Shown in pieces: positions 41,197 to 52,172 of a stretch of DNA of 64,000 nucleotides. Made by a program: the position numbers and the translations under genes. The notes below the pieces were generated by a model that saw nothing but the letters and a program-made list of their open reading frames with translations, was not told the origin of the DNA and searched no databases. Numbering within the stretch: the first letter of the stretch is position 1; each line of letters opens with the position of its first letter. Location of the stretch: the NCBI GenBank assembly GCA_963697895.1, contig OY969100.1, positions 768,001 to 832,000 on the forward strand, read 5' to 3'. The DNA comes from an uncultured Methanomicrobiales archaeon. GTDB lineage: Archaea > Halobacteriota > Methanomicrobia > Methanomicrobiales > Methanospirillaceae.

Positions 41197-42549
41197 TTAT
41201 ACCCTGCTGAACGAAACCGCCGCACACATGAAATTCCGGATAAAATCACGGGAAAAATAGGCATGCATATAGCTCCCGAGCGTGTTCTGTACATAAATCC
41301 CGTCAAATCCGTCCTGAATCCCGCTTCCCCGGTGAAGCTCGATTGCGAATCGGGCATCTTTGTCACACCAGACCCGTGAATAATGAAATTCATGCCCGGT
41401 AATTTTTTCTCCTCCTTTCAGGAATGATACTCCTCCCCTGCTCGTTCCGGTCGCGTACCCGAGACCCTGGATCTGAGAGGTCACCTCGGTCGCGGCGGGA
41501 AGTACGCCTGCCATCCGGTATTCCTTTTGCCCTTCCCCACCGATACGACTGGTCAGGTAGATAAGGCCGCCACACTCTCCGTAGATGGGCATTCCCTTTT
41601 CTGCCTTTTTCCTGATCTGGTCCCGGCATCCTGACCGTTCTATCGCTTCACCGTGAAGTTCCGGATAACCGCCGCCCAGGTATAATGCATCACATGGCGG
41701 AAGTGCATCATGGATGGGGCTGAAAAATCTGATCTCTCCTCCTGATTCCCGAATCAGGTCCAGATTATCCCGGTAATAGAAGCAAAATGCCTCATCCATC
41801 GCCACCCCGATGACCGGATTACCATCGACCGGAGGAATACGATGCGGACGCGGAAGAGGAAGCGGCGGTGCACTCCGGGCGATAGATTCCAGCGTATCCA
41901 GATCGACCGCCTCTTCAAAGACCGGAGCGTTCGATACCGAACTTTCTGACTCAAATCCCATCTTCAGGCCGAGGTACCGGCTCCCGATAGTGATTTCTTT
42001 TCTCCAGGGGAGCCACCCGAACGCCGGGAGATCGAGCGACGCCTCGATCATCCTCCGGTGCTTTTCGCTCCCCACCCGGTTGAAAATTACCCCGGCAAGC
42101 GTGCATCCGGGGTCAAATGATCGGAATCCTTTTATGAGAGCGTTTGCGCTCCGTGACATCCCTTTGGCATCGACGACAAGGATTGCCGGCGCGGAGAGGA
42201 TCTTCATCAGGTGCGCCGTGCTGGATAACTCGGTCCCGTCCAGACCGTCATACATCCCCATCACCCCCTCGATCACCGCGATATCAGCTCCCCTGCTGGC
42301 ACGGTGAACGGTCTCGAGTACGCCTTCCACACCCATCATATAGGGATCCAGGTTCCGGGCAGGGCGACCGCAGATCAGGGAATGATGGGAGGGGTCTATA
42401 AAATCAGGCCCCACCTTGAAGGGCTGAACCACCAGGCCCCGGGCCCGGAATGCTTCCATGATTCCGCGGGTAACCGTAGTTTTTCCGCACCCGCTGTGTG
42501 TCCCTGCGATTACGATTCGCGGAATGTCCGACATGGATTCTGTCGACAT
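41197..42549 (-). CDS. cbiA: Cobyrinate a,c-diamide synthase family (CbiA/CobB; CfbB not excluded)
   Basis: SGCGKT, FKVGPDFIDP, EGVMG, GGYPE, ECGG, HEFHYS. Confidence 0.85.
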   Translation of the reverse strand: MSTESMSDIPRIVIAGTHSGCGKTTVTRGIMEAFRARGLVVQPFKVGPDFIDPSHHSLICGRPARNLDPYMMGVEGVLETVHRASRGADIAVIEGVMGMYDGLDGTELSSTAHLMKILSAPAILVVDAKGMSRSANALIKGFRSFDPGCTLAGVIFNRVGSEKHRRMIEASLDLPAFGWLPWRKEITIGSRYLGLKMGFESESSVSNAPVFEEAVDLDTLESIARSAPPLPLPRPHRIPPVDGNPVIGVAMDEAFCFYYRDNLDLIRESGGEIRFFSPIHDALPPCDALYLGGGYPELHGEAIERSGCRDQIRKKAEKGMPIYGECGGLIYLTSRIGGEGQKEYRMAGVLPAATEVTSQIQGLGYATGTSRGGVSFLKGGEKITGHEFHYSRVWCDKDARFAIELHRGSGIQDGFDGIYVQNTLGSYMHAYFSRDFIRNFMCAAVSFSRV

Positions 42550-42550
42550 G

Positions 42551-45023
42551 CTACCCCAAGCCAAACTGCGCGAGCGTTGTCCGTGAGGGGTCGATGTCAC
42601 TCCAATCCCAGCCGAGCGACTCGATGATCCGGGAGATCGGTTGTTTCAATGTTTTTTCGAGCATCATCTCCCAGTCTATCATAAATTCCGGAGGAACCTG
42701 GTCTCCGTACTCGAAACAGAGCACGTCCGTCCTCGGATATTTGGATGTGACATGTTTTACATAGACCCGTTTTGGTTTGCTTCCCTTGGAAAATTCCATA
42801 CCAAGATGCTCGTTTGCATAACGGGCTCCACGAACATGTGCCTCATCCGTCTGGTAGTCCCCCAGGTGTTTCCCAAAACCTCCGGGTATTCCGATTTCGT
42901 CAAGGGGGTACCGGCCGTTCCGGTAGTTCCTGATCACCTCGCGAAGATACTCCCGGATCGCATCGTAGTTCTCACCACGGAGGATCATCTCGATAATCCG
43001 CTGTTGCACCTGTTTGGTGATCAGAGGATAGTCACTTCTCCGAATTTCAAATCCAACAACATCGATCTCGTCAGCCTCCTTGCCTTCCTTCCAGATGAGA
43101 TGCCCGGCATACCGTTTCTTTTTCCCTGCCTGGAAGAACCGGCCGTACACTTTCTCAAACTTGATCGAGAAGAAATGCCGTTCTGCATTCAGTTCACGGC
43201 GTGCGAAATCTCCGTAACTATCGTTCACGGCCTGTTCGATCCTTCGGGCGATGACGATGACTTCCGACAGGTCCCCCGGTGGGAGAACAACCATGCATGA
43301 ATCGGTATCCCCATAGATGACGTGAAATCCCTGTTCTTCAATAACCCTGCGGGTGTGTTCGATGATTGCCCGCCCTATCGAAGTGATGGCCGAACCAATC
43401 TCCCGGTCATAAAGGCGGAACCGTGCGTACCCGGAAACTCCATAATAAGTGTTCATGATCACCTTCAGCACATTCTGCTGGGTGTCATATATTTGGTAAG
43501 CGGAGGATCCGAATGGGTACTCGATCTCTTTTTTGTTTTCTCCGGTCCCGTTCTTTCAGGAGTTCGCTGATGATGCTCCTCGTCAGTCCATCTGGCGACT
43601 TTCTGAACCGGATACCATTCGGTGCCTTCAATTCACCCAGCGGGTCTTTCACCTCGGGTGACGCATTCACGGTCATCATCGCCATCGGGTAGAGCGATTT
43701 GAGATCCAGCACAACCACATTCTCTTTTACACCCCGGGTCGGATCAAAGACAGTTGCTCCCTCGAATTCTTCGCCGGTGACAAATCCCTTGGAGGGGAGG
43801 ACAAATCTCCCGTGTGCTTTCCGGAGGATATAGATATCGATCACGTTTGATGAATTGAGGGTACGATCGAGCGGGCAGCCGACATAGCGTGCAATTTCCC
43901 GGTAAAACTCGATGATCCTGTTTTTATTGTTTATCCCGACGCAGAGCTCGACATCCTTGAAATTATATTCGACGAGGAGTCCCTTGTCCTCACGCCAGAG
44001 GTCGCTGATGCGGCCCTTGTACCGCACCTTTGTGTCACCCAGCTCCGCATCTGCCACCGCATCGAGGCGATAAGATTCCCGCTGGGTTGCATGCATCTTT
44101 TTGTATGCAGGCAGCAGATCGAAGATCACCCTTCCGCGGATTGCGTTCCGTTCAGTCTGGCCCTCGAGCCGGGAGAGACTGGTTGCAGAGAGCCCGAGGA
44201 CCTCCATCCGCTTCATAATATACGGAATATCAAATTCAAGGATATTCCACCCCGAGAATATATCAGGGTCCTGACTTCGGATGTACCCGGCGAGATCTTT
44301 CAGGAGTACCGTTTCGTTGCAGAATATTCTTACTTTATGGGTGGCGTCGCAAAAACAGCCGTTTTTTAGACCTCCTTCCGCAAACAAAGCTGAAAAATCT
44401 TCTTCATTTTCCTCGCTGTCAAGGAGGAAACTGGTATAGATACCATCAAATGAATCCCAGCAGGTAACACAGATGATTTTATCACGTTCCGGGTCTGGGA
44501 ATCCCCGCTCATCCTCGCACTCTATATCCAGAAAACAGAGGCGTGCGGGTGCATTCACTTCAGCCCCGGCAGACTCGCGGTAATCCGAGGGGTTTCCGTT
44601 TGTAGTCACCCCTCCGGTAAGACCGGTATCTATCATGAAACGGGTTGCGAATGGAATATCTGCCTCATAGTGAGGATTGTACCGATCACGGACATCCCTG
44701 ACATCGGTTGGTCTCCGGGTATACAACCTCCTCAATGGTTCACCCCGAATGGAGCTGTACTCGCGGCTGGTATCCACCGTCACCTGTTCAGGGAGTCCCA
44801 CACCGTCCACCTGACTGACCGGGGCGTAGAAATAAGGCCGAAATCCTGTCACTTCCAGGTGAACCGCCTGGCCCGATTCACGGCGCCCGAATACGTGAAT
44901 AACAGGCCCGAAGGAGGTGTTGGTGTATTCCACCTGAAAGATGCCGATCTTCAGCTCCTGGAAAGATGTTAATGTGCAGATTGTGACAGGTTCCGCAGTT
45001 TGTGGTACTGATTTTTCCATCAT
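42551..45023 (-). CDS. polB: Family B DNA polymerase with +1 frameshift at ~43522 (probably sequencing error)
   Basis: ExoI DIE and motif A DLKSLYP in the upstream frame; QQNVLKVIMNTYYG, YGDTDS, KKRYAG and PIP-like TTLAQF in the next frame. Confidence 0.93.
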
Positions 45024-45030
45024 AAATCTA

Positions 45031-45897
45031 TCAGATATTGATCTCCTCACAGAGTTGCCGGATAAAGGAACCGGCCTCGGCAAATTTCCTGCTTTCCCAG
45101 GGATCCAAGGACCATTCGGGAATTTCATGGATGCCACCTCTCCCGACTCTGGCTGGTACCCCAACGGAACACTGGTCAAGTCCGTACTGTCCTTCGAGGA
45201 TGCATGAACAGCTGATTAAGGACCGGGAATCCCGGGCAATCATATCGATCAGGCTGGATATATGGAATCCCGGGCCAAATACCGTGCCCCCTTTCCCCCG
45301 GATAACTTCCATGCTCGAACTCCTGAGCCCCTGAAGGATCTCTTCGCGGATTTCTTCGGTCACCGGCACGGGGAGGCGTGAAAAGAGCGGTACCTGGTGT
45401 TCACCATGTTCCCCGATGACGCATGCGTTCCCGTGAATATTTCGTTCCCTGATCGCAAGTCCAAACCGGGCACTATCCAGTTGTCCGCCAAATCCGATAC
45501 ACCGGGAAGGTTCAAGCCCGGCTTTCCGATGAAGGTAATAGTTATTCGGGTCCATAGGATTGGTCACCGTGATGAGTACCCCGCCAAACCCGTGGAGAAG
45601 ACCGCTACATTCGGATGCTACGGGCAGATTTGCATCAAGCAGATCGGCCCGTGTTTTAACGGCAGGATTTCGAGGCAATCCTGCCGAAAAGACGCAGATA
45701 TCGGAATTTTTTACGGAGTGTACATCCGTGCTGATGGGAATATCGATACCGGTGTGCCGGAGGTCGAGCACCTGTGATTTCAGGAGGGGGGAATAGACAT
45801 CATACAGAATGATCTCATCCACGGAGCCCATGAGGGATGAGAGAAATGCTACCTCACCTCCAACTTTCCCCACGCCCAGCACCGAGAGGGTTGTCAT
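45031..45897 (-). CDS. mdh: Malate/lactate dehydrogenase family protein
   Basis: GVGKVG, AGLPR, TNPMD, LDSAR, GEHGE. Confidence 0.85.
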   Translation of the reverse strand: MTTLSVLGVGKVGGEVAFLSSLMGSVDEIILYDVYSPLLKSQVLDLRHTGIDIPISTDVHSVKNSDICVFSAGLPRNPAVKTRADLLDANLPVASECSGLLHGFGGVLITVTNPMDPNNYYLHRKAGLEPSRCIGFGGQLDSARFGLAIRERNIHGNACVIGEHGEHQVPLFSRLPVPVTEEIREEILQGLRSSSMEVIRGKGGTVFGPGFHISSLIDMIARDSRSLISCSCILEGQYGLDQCSVGVPARVGRGGIHEIPEWSLDPWESRKFAEAGSFIRQLCEEINI

Positions 45898-45957
45898 CGG
45901 GTATACTATGGGTCGCCTCAGAATAAATAATTACAATTACGCCCAACCTCACGAGTC

Positions 45958-46845
45958 ATGGTGCACCTGATGCCTGAGCCGGTCAGGGTAGGCGGCATTG
46001 ATCTGCATAATCACCTGTTGCTCGCTGCGGGTATTCTCGGCACAACAGGGGCTTCTCTCGCCCGCATGCTTCGTTCAGGGGCTGGAGGGGTGGTAACCAA
46101 ATCAATCGGACTCGTTCCCCTGGCAGGGCATCCCGGCCCCTGTCTCATCAGTGTTGACGGTGGATTCATCAACGCAATGGGCCTCCCCAATCCTTCGCAT
46201 GCTTTTCTCGAAGAACTTGCGGCAATTCATGGTGGGCCGGTGATAGCGAGCATATTCGGCGGGAGCCCGGAAGAGTTCAGGGAAGTTGCCTCCTGGTTTG
46301 CCGAAAAGGTCGCGGGGATCGAACTCAATTTAAGCTGTCCCCATGCCGCCGGGTACGGAGCAGCTCTCGGCAGTGACCCTGATCTCGTGCGGGAGTGCAC
46401 GAAGGCGGTCCATTCCGTGGGTTTGCCGGTCTGGGTTAAACTGACCCCGAATGTTACCGATATCACGGCGTGCGGGGCGGCGGCAGAGGAAGGGGGTGCA
46501 GATGCCATTGTCGCAATCAATACAGTGAAGGCGATGCGCATCTCGATAGGATTTCGTCGCCCGGTTCTGGGCAACAGATTCGGGGGCCTTTCCGGAAAGG
46601 CAATCTTTCCGATAGCCATCCGGTGTGTTTATGACCTCTACGAAACCTGTTCAATTCCGATAATCGGGTGCGGAGGGATCTCTTCCGCTGAGGATGTCGT
46701 CGAGATGATGATGGCCGGAGCATCAGCAGTGGAGATTGGAAGCGCTGTCTATGAAGATATTCAACTATTCAGTACGATCGCGAAGGCATTGTATCAGGCA
46801 GACGGTCTTGATAGCAGAGAGATCGTGGGATGTGCCCATGAATAG
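45958..46845 (+). CDS. pyrD: Dihydroorotate dehydrogenase 1B, catalytic subunit
   Basis: TKS, NAMGLPNP, NLSCPH, VKLTPN, INT, GGLSG. Confidence 0.95.
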   Translation: MVHLMPEPVRVGGIDLHNHLLLAAGILGTTGASLARMLRSGAGGVVTKSIGLVPLAGHPGPCLISVDGGFINAMGLPNPSHAFLEELAAIHGGPVIASIFGGSPEEFREVASWFAEKVAGIELNLSCPHAAGYGAALGSDPDLVRECTKAVHSVGLPVWVKLTPNVTDITACGAAAEEGGADAIVAINTVKAMRISIGFRRPVLGNRFGGLSGKAIFPIAIRCVYDLYETCSIPIIGCGGISSAEDVVEMMMAGASAVEIGSAVYEDIQLFSTIAKALYQADGLDSREIVGCAHE

Positions 46846-47605
46846 CCTGATGCCCGTCTGTGCAACAATCCAGGGAATAACAGAGTACTCTCCGTCTATC
46901 CGGGTGTATCACCTTGATCATCGCTTTTCCTTTATTCCCGGACAGTTCATCATGGTGTGGATTCCGGGTGTGGATGAGGTCCCGATGGCGCTCTCTTCCG
47001 AATCCTCTATCACCGTTCAGCGGGTGGGAGACGCCACCGCTGCCCTGTTCGGGTATTCCGCCGGGGACAAGATAGGTTTGCGAGGGCCATTTGGAAACGG
47101 GTTTACTGTTCAGGGGAGGGTTCTGGCGGTTGCGGGAGGGATTGGTGTCGCCCCCCTTTTCCCGCTTGCACGGACCGGTCAGGTAGACACCTTTCTCCTC
47201 GGTGCCCGGTCCTCGGATGAGCTTCTCTTCACCGATGAGCTGTCGGCCTGTACCGACCTGCATATTGCAACCGATGATGGTTCAGCAGGAAGGAGCGGAT
47301 ATGTCGTCCCGCTCATGGACTCTTTCGATATCCCATCGTATGATCATATCTGCGTCTGCGGACCGGAATTGATGATGCGGTCAATACTTCAACTCCTGGA
47401 TGCGAATGGGATCGCTGATCGGGGCCAGTTCAGCCTCCACCGGTACCTGAAATGCGGCATGGGCATCTGCGGTTCCTGTAGTATGGATCCCGATGGCCTC
47501 CGGGTCTGTACGGACGGCCCTGTATTCCGGGGGGATATCCTTCTTGAAAGCGAATTCGGGCATTATACACGAGATGCCAGTGGAAGACGCAAGCCATTTT
47601 CATAG
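46838..47605 (+). CDS. pyrK: Dihydroorotate dehydrogenase electron transfer subunit
   Basis: RGPFGNGF, GGIGVAP, CGP, CGMGICGSC...VCTDGPVF. Confidence 0.93.
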   Translation: MNSLMPVCATIQGITEYSPSIRVYHLDHRFSFIPGQFIMVWIPGVDEVPMALSSESSITVQRVGDATAALFGYSAGDKIGLRGPFGNGFTVQGRVLAVAGGIGVAPLFPLARTGQVDTFLLGARSSDELLFTDELSACTDLHIATDDGSAGRSGYVVPLMDSFDIPSYDHICVCGPELMMRSILQLLDANGIADRGQFSLHRYLKCGMGICGSCSMDPDGLRVCTDGPVFRGDILLESEFGHYTRDASGRRKPFS

Positions 47606-47810
47606 CCGTTCAGTTGGTTTGGTAAGTGGCATTCCTCGTTTCAGAGATTCTCATATAACATGTATTTTCCCATTTAACTCATGGTTTTGTCAAAAAATTC
47701 AATTAGAAAATTATTAATAAGACCAAAAAGGATTTCTATTTTGAACCTATACGAAATCGGCTTTAATAGGTTAATGGTATAGGTAGGACATTGAGAGAGG
47801 TGTATTAAAC

Positions 47811-48696
47811 ATGGTATTTCATCCACCAGTGGCAGTTGTTGCCAAAGCTGGCGATGCTGGCAAGTACAAAGTAGGACTGCCGGCATGGAACATGATCCTT
47901 CGTGGATTCATGGCCGGTGCCTACATCGCTATGGGAGGTGCTCTTGCAACGGTCTGTAGCTACCGGGCTTGCCGCTGCCGGTGGCAGCGGTTCTGCAAGC
48001 GCAGGCTTTTCGCAGTTGATCCTGGGTGCGGTCTTCCCTGTAGGGCTTATTATCATCGTCCTGACGGGCGCCGAACTCTTTACCGGTGACGCGATGCTGG
48101 CCCCGATGGCGGCGTTCATTCACAAGATCACCTGGGCACAGGTCGGGAAACTCTGGCTCTGGGTGTACATCGGGAACTTCATCGGTTCGATTGTCTATGC
48201 ATATATCATGGCATACGGACCGTTCGTCTCCGTGAACGCGACCACACAGGCACTCACCGCAACAGCATTCGGGACAAGAGCGATTCAAATCGCAGCAGCA
48301 AAAGTCCAGTATGTCGGGTTCATGGGTATGTGGAGTGCATTCCTGAAGGCGGTCGCTTGTAACTGGCTCGTTAACCTGGCCATACTGCTTGGTATTTGTG
48401 CCGACGACCTGATTGGTAAGTTCTTTGGGATCTGGTTCCCGATCATGGCCTTCGTTTCATCCGGGTTCGAGCACTCGGTCGCGAACATGTACTTCATCTC
48501 CGCGGGTATCTTTACGCAGCCTTTCGCCAACCAGACTGTCGTATCGGCGTATACAGGGTTCCAAAACCTTAATTGGGCCGGATTCTGGCTGAATAACATG
48601 ATCATCGTCACCATCGGAAACATCGTTGGTGGTATGTTCTTCGTCGGTGTCATCTACTGGGTCGCATTCCGGAAGGAGATCGCAGCCCTTAAGTAA
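47811..48696 (+). CDS. fdhC: Formate/nitrite (FNT) transporter with +1 frameshift at ~47960 (probably sequencing error)
   Basis: GFMAGAYIAMG...ATVCS then next frame TG...FPVGL, GAELFTG, GNFIG, CNWLV, FEHSVANM, GNIVGG. Confidence 0.92.
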
Positions 48697-48717
48697 GGTA
48701 CAGAAGAAGTACTCTGG

Positions 48718-49239
48718 ATGAAGATCGGAAATATCGACGTGAGGATATCAATCGTCGCACTTGCGGTGGTTCTTGTCTTCGCATTTTTTTTATCTTTTGC
48801 ATATCTGCAGTCCCAGGACATAAACATCCTTATATGGGGCATTCCCGCCCTCCTCCTGCTTTTGATAGTACCGATGGCGCTCAACTACATGAGCCAGAAG
48901 GAGTATGCGGATCTGGTACCGCAATATGAGTCCTATGCAAAAAATGTGCGTATCAGAATGATTAACCCCACGATGGAGGGCCAGATCATTCGTATCGAGG
49001 GTGTTGTCGAACGCAAGCATTTTCAGATATTTAACCGGCCCCAGTTTGTCATCGCAGACCGGACCGGTGAGATCTCGGTAAAGATGTTTACCAGCCCGGC
49101 GGAGCGTATCAACAAGGATGATGTGGTCGAGGTCCTTGGCAAAGTTATGAAGAGGTATATTCTGGGAGGGGATCCTACGGTGAATGCGGTGTCTATCCGG
49201 AAGATCCAGAAAAAGCAGGACGTTGGAGGGAAAGATTAG
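48718..49239 (+). CDS. Membrane protein with two TMs and C-terminal OB fold
   Basis: Two hydrophobic helices then IRIEGVV...IADRTGEISV...VEVLGKV. Confidence 0.75.
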   Translation: MKIGNIDVRISIVALAVVLVFAFFLSFAYLQSQDINILIWGIPALLLLLIVPMALNYMSQKEYADLVPQYESYAKNVRIRMINPTMEGQIIRIEGVVERKHFQIFNRPQFVIADRTGEISVKMFTSPAERINKDDVVEVLGKVMKRYILGGDPTVNAVSIRKIQKKQDVGGKD

Positions 49240-49592
49240 AGCTTTCTTCCCGAAGCCTCATTCCTGAATATTAGCAACTTTTCTAAATAGTTGATCTGGG
49301 CACGTATAGTCAAAAGCCCATAATTCAAACTTTAATCGGTGGAATGCATATTTTGCTGGTTCTATCTATTCTTCCCGGAAAAACCACATCCGGGTCGATT
49401 TCGGAACAGGGATTCCCATGGTAATGAGCACCGAAACAACCACTTTTCATGCCTTGACACTATTCAATTCCTGATAAAAGACCACGAGTCCTTCCGGATC
49501 GCGATTTGGAGAAACCTTCAAGGCATGTCGAAGGAATCCTCCCGTGCATAACTATTCTTATGAGGTACCTCTCATATTAGTATGGTGAATTT

Positions 49593-49772
49593 ATGTCAAA
49601 ACGGGCCGTGGACACGGTATTTCAGGCAATGTTCGCGCTGACGGACCTCCGGGTGTTGCTCAGGGAGACCGCCCCGTCTCACGAGTTTGACGCCGAGCAA
49701 CGCACCCGGGTGGCGATTCTTCTCATGGATCTGGAAAGCCAGGTGAAAATTCTCCGGGAGGAACTTTTCTGA
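49593..49772 (+). CDS. Small helical protein coupled to pscS (SepCysSn-like)
   Basis: MSKRAVDTVFQAMFALTDLRVLLRETAPSHEFD...ILREELF* (59 aa); TGATG overlap with pscS; SD GGTGA. Confidence 0.78.
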   Translation: MSKRAVDTVFQAMFALTDLRVLLRETAPSHEFDAEQRTRVAILLMDLESQVKILREELF

Positions 49773-50953
49773 TGAAATGCGCAGGCCCGATTGAGGTCCG
49801 CGATGTAGAGGAGACCTCTATAAATATCGACCCCATTCAGGTCGGCGGTCGGCTCACCGCCGAGGCGATGAAGTCGATCATCGCCTATGGTGATGGGTAC
49901 TCGGTCTGCGATAACTGTCGGAAGCCATTCCGGCTTGATACTATCAGGACCCCCCCGGTCGATGCATTTCACCATGACCTCGCATCATTTGTGAATATGG
50001 ATGTAGCCCGGGTTGTTCCGGGGGCACGAAGGGGATTTCAGGCGGTAGCAGGTACATATGTTCGGAAGGGCGATCCGGTGCTGATCACCGCTCTCTCCCA
50101 CTACACCGAAGTGCTGGCAGTCGAAGCAACAGGCGGCATTCCATTGGAGATCCCTCAGACAGAAGAAAATATTATTACCGCAGAGGCTGCATCGGAAAAG
50201 CTGGAACAAGTCACCAGGGAGTTCGGCCGTCCTCCGGCACTTCTGTTTGTCGATCACATCGACTACCAGTTCGGAAACGAACATGAGGTGAGGGGTATCA
50301 TCAAAGCTGCCCATGAGTACGATGTTCCGGCCCTATACAATGGAGCATACACAATCGGCATTCTTCCTGTAGACGGGAAAGAGATCGGGGCTGATTTTGT
50401 TGTCGGTTCTGGTCATAAAAGTATGGCCTCACCTGCACCATCAGGAGTGCTTGCCGCAACGGCGGAGCGTGCACGGGATCTTTTCCGCACGACGACCACA
50501 AAAACCGATCTGACCGGGAGGACTTTCGGGGTAAAAGAGGTGGAGCTGATGGGATGCACCCTCATGGGGGTTACCCTTATCGGAATGATGGCATCATTCC
50601 CCCGGGTACGTGAACGGGTTCGCTCCTGGGATCGTGAACTCAGCCATGGCATGAAAGTGGTGGACGCCCTTGCGTCCATTGAAGGAACGCTGATAAAATC
50701 AGAATATCCGCGCAGACACACCCTGACCCGCGTTGACACGACCGCTTCTTTCGACCTTATCGCCCAAAAACATAAAAAAAGAGGCTTTTTCCTGCACAGC
50801 GCATTAAAGGAGCACGGTATTACCGGAATCATACCCGGCGCAACAAAAGTATGGAAATTCAATACCTATGGAATGACTGAGCGGCAGGCAGTACATGTCG
50901 CCGGATCCTTTGTAGAGATTGCAGAGGATAACGGTCTTCAGATCGGCCGTTGA
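49772..50953 (+). CDS. pscS: Sep-tRNA:Cys-tRNA synthase
   Basis: PIQVGGRL, DGYSVCDNC, GSGHKSM (PLP Lys), LMGCT. Confidence 0.93.
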   Translation: MKCAGPIEVRDVEETSINIDPIQVGGRLTAEAMKSIIAYGDGYSVCDNCRKPFRLDTIRTPPVDAFHHDLASFVNMDVARVVPGARRGFQAVAGTYVRKGDPVLITALSHYTEVLAVEATGGIPLEIPQTEENIITAEAASEKLEQVTREFGRPPALLFVDHIDYQFGNEHEVRGIIKAAHEYDVPALYNGAYTIGILPVDGKEIGADFVVGSGHKSMASPAPSGVLAATAERARDLFRTTTTKTDLTGRTFGVKEVELMGCTLMGVTLIGMMASFPRVRERVRSWDRELSHGMKVVDALASIEGTLIKSEYPRRHTLTRVDTTASFDLIAQKHKKRGFFLHSALKEHGITGIIPGATKVWKFNTYGMTERQAVHVAGSFVEIAEDNGLQIGR

Positions 50954-51477
50954 TCGTGAACCGGCCGATCTTCTTTATCGGCAATCTCTTTCGTGATGAT
51001 CTTCATCTCGCAGTTCTTGTCTCCCATGCACATGCTCCTTACAAAGCGGAGTGTATACGCTGGATTAAGTGACTCAACGGCGCTGATAGAGAATGCGAGA
51101 CATTTATGGAAGAACAAATCATTCGGTTGTCCGGTCTCCAGTTCGCGAAGCAGGAGTGGGCACATTTTGATGAGTATTACCGCCTTTTCATGGTCGATAG
51201 CAATCGTCTCCTCCCGAAATTCAGGCCCGAAAAAGACCGATGAAACAATCCCGAGGGTCCTGGCGACATCCCCGGCAGTGCCGACCGGCAGCTGATGGGA
51301 ATCGGCAACAGAACGAGCCTGCCTCCCGATCGCAATCCATATCCCATGTTCCATCTCGTCATAACGATCCGTCATAGCATGACGAAAAACCAAATCATAA
51401 TGGATTGGAAGTGACGAGGCGAGATGCGCCGCAATTTGCCATTTCATCCGGTCGGGGATGGAATCAAGATCCGGCAT
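50938..51477 (-). CDS. Hypothetical protein, V4R-like fold possible
   Basis: KMCPLL...HKC...RSMCMGDKNCEMKI Cys pattern. Confidence 0.65.
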   Translation of the reverse strand: MPDLDSIPDRMKWQIAAHLASSLPIHYDLVFRHAMTDRYDEMEHGIWIAIGRQARSVADSHQLPVGTAGDVARTLGIVSSVFFGPEFREETIAIDHEKAVILIKMCPLLLRELETGQPNDLFFHKCLAFSISAVESLNPAYTLRFVRSMCMGDKNCEMKIITKEIADKEDRPVHDQRPI

Positions 51478-51750
51478 CGTTATCAGATTCCCTTTGCACG
51501 CCTGTAGGTAAAAATCCACCCTTTATTGCCAGGCTCCTAAAGAGCAATCTCTTGGGGTATGTCCTGAAGGACTGGAGGCATAGCGGTAAAACAGATCAAG
51601 CTGGTATATTTCCGGGGTGATCGGCATCTCCGCTACTTGCTTGTTTGAAATGCCCGATCATTACATATCAGATACCTTAGCGAGGCAATGAGCCATTCTC
51701 AACAAGTTTATATGTAATTGAACCAATCCAACGACGGGTGACACAAACAC

Positions 51751-51921
51751 ATGCCATCATTCAAGTGTAAGGATATCGGATTGGATTGCCCGTTTGAGAC
51801 AACCGCTCCAACAGAAGCCGAATTGATGAAAAAAATTGGCGAGCATGCAGAAAAAGCACACGGGATGAAGACCTTCACCCCGGAATTTCTCGCGAAGGTA
51901 AAAGGAGCCATTAAAAAATAG
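51751..51921 (+). CDS. DUF1059 family small metal-binding protein
   Basis: MPSFKCKDIGLDCPF...EHAEKAHGM...KK* (56 aa); TTTATAT box at ~51707; missed by ORF track. Confidence 0.88.
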   Translation: MPSFKCKDIGLDCPFETTAPTEAELMKKIGEHAEKAHGMKTFTPEFLAKVKGAIKK

Positions 51922-52172
51922 AACGTATTTTTATCCTCTCTTTTTAAATGTCTGCCAATGAAAAAACAAACCGGATGAAACGGGAAAGAGATCGAACAGG
52001 AATTACTGCCATCTCGTCTTCGAACATAACAATGGACTGATTCACATCACAACAGTGAAGCGGTGTCAGGCCCGGTAAGAGATTTGTTATCCACCAGGAT
52101 ATTTTATGCATGATGAACGGGAAAGGATCCCCTTTCTGAACTGGTTGAATAAGCCTGATAATGTCATCCAGG

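Noticed and set aside
49403-49416. GGAA-N6-TTCC NrpR-operator match upstream of the pscS operon
   Set aside because: Single 8-bp match, expected about once per window by chance; ~180 bp from the start and not in front of a nitrogen gene.
52109-52158. ATGATGA...CTGA...CTGA C/D-box-like words downstream of thiI
   Set aside because: Spacing is incompatible with a C/D sRNA and there is no acceptable C' box with a guide.
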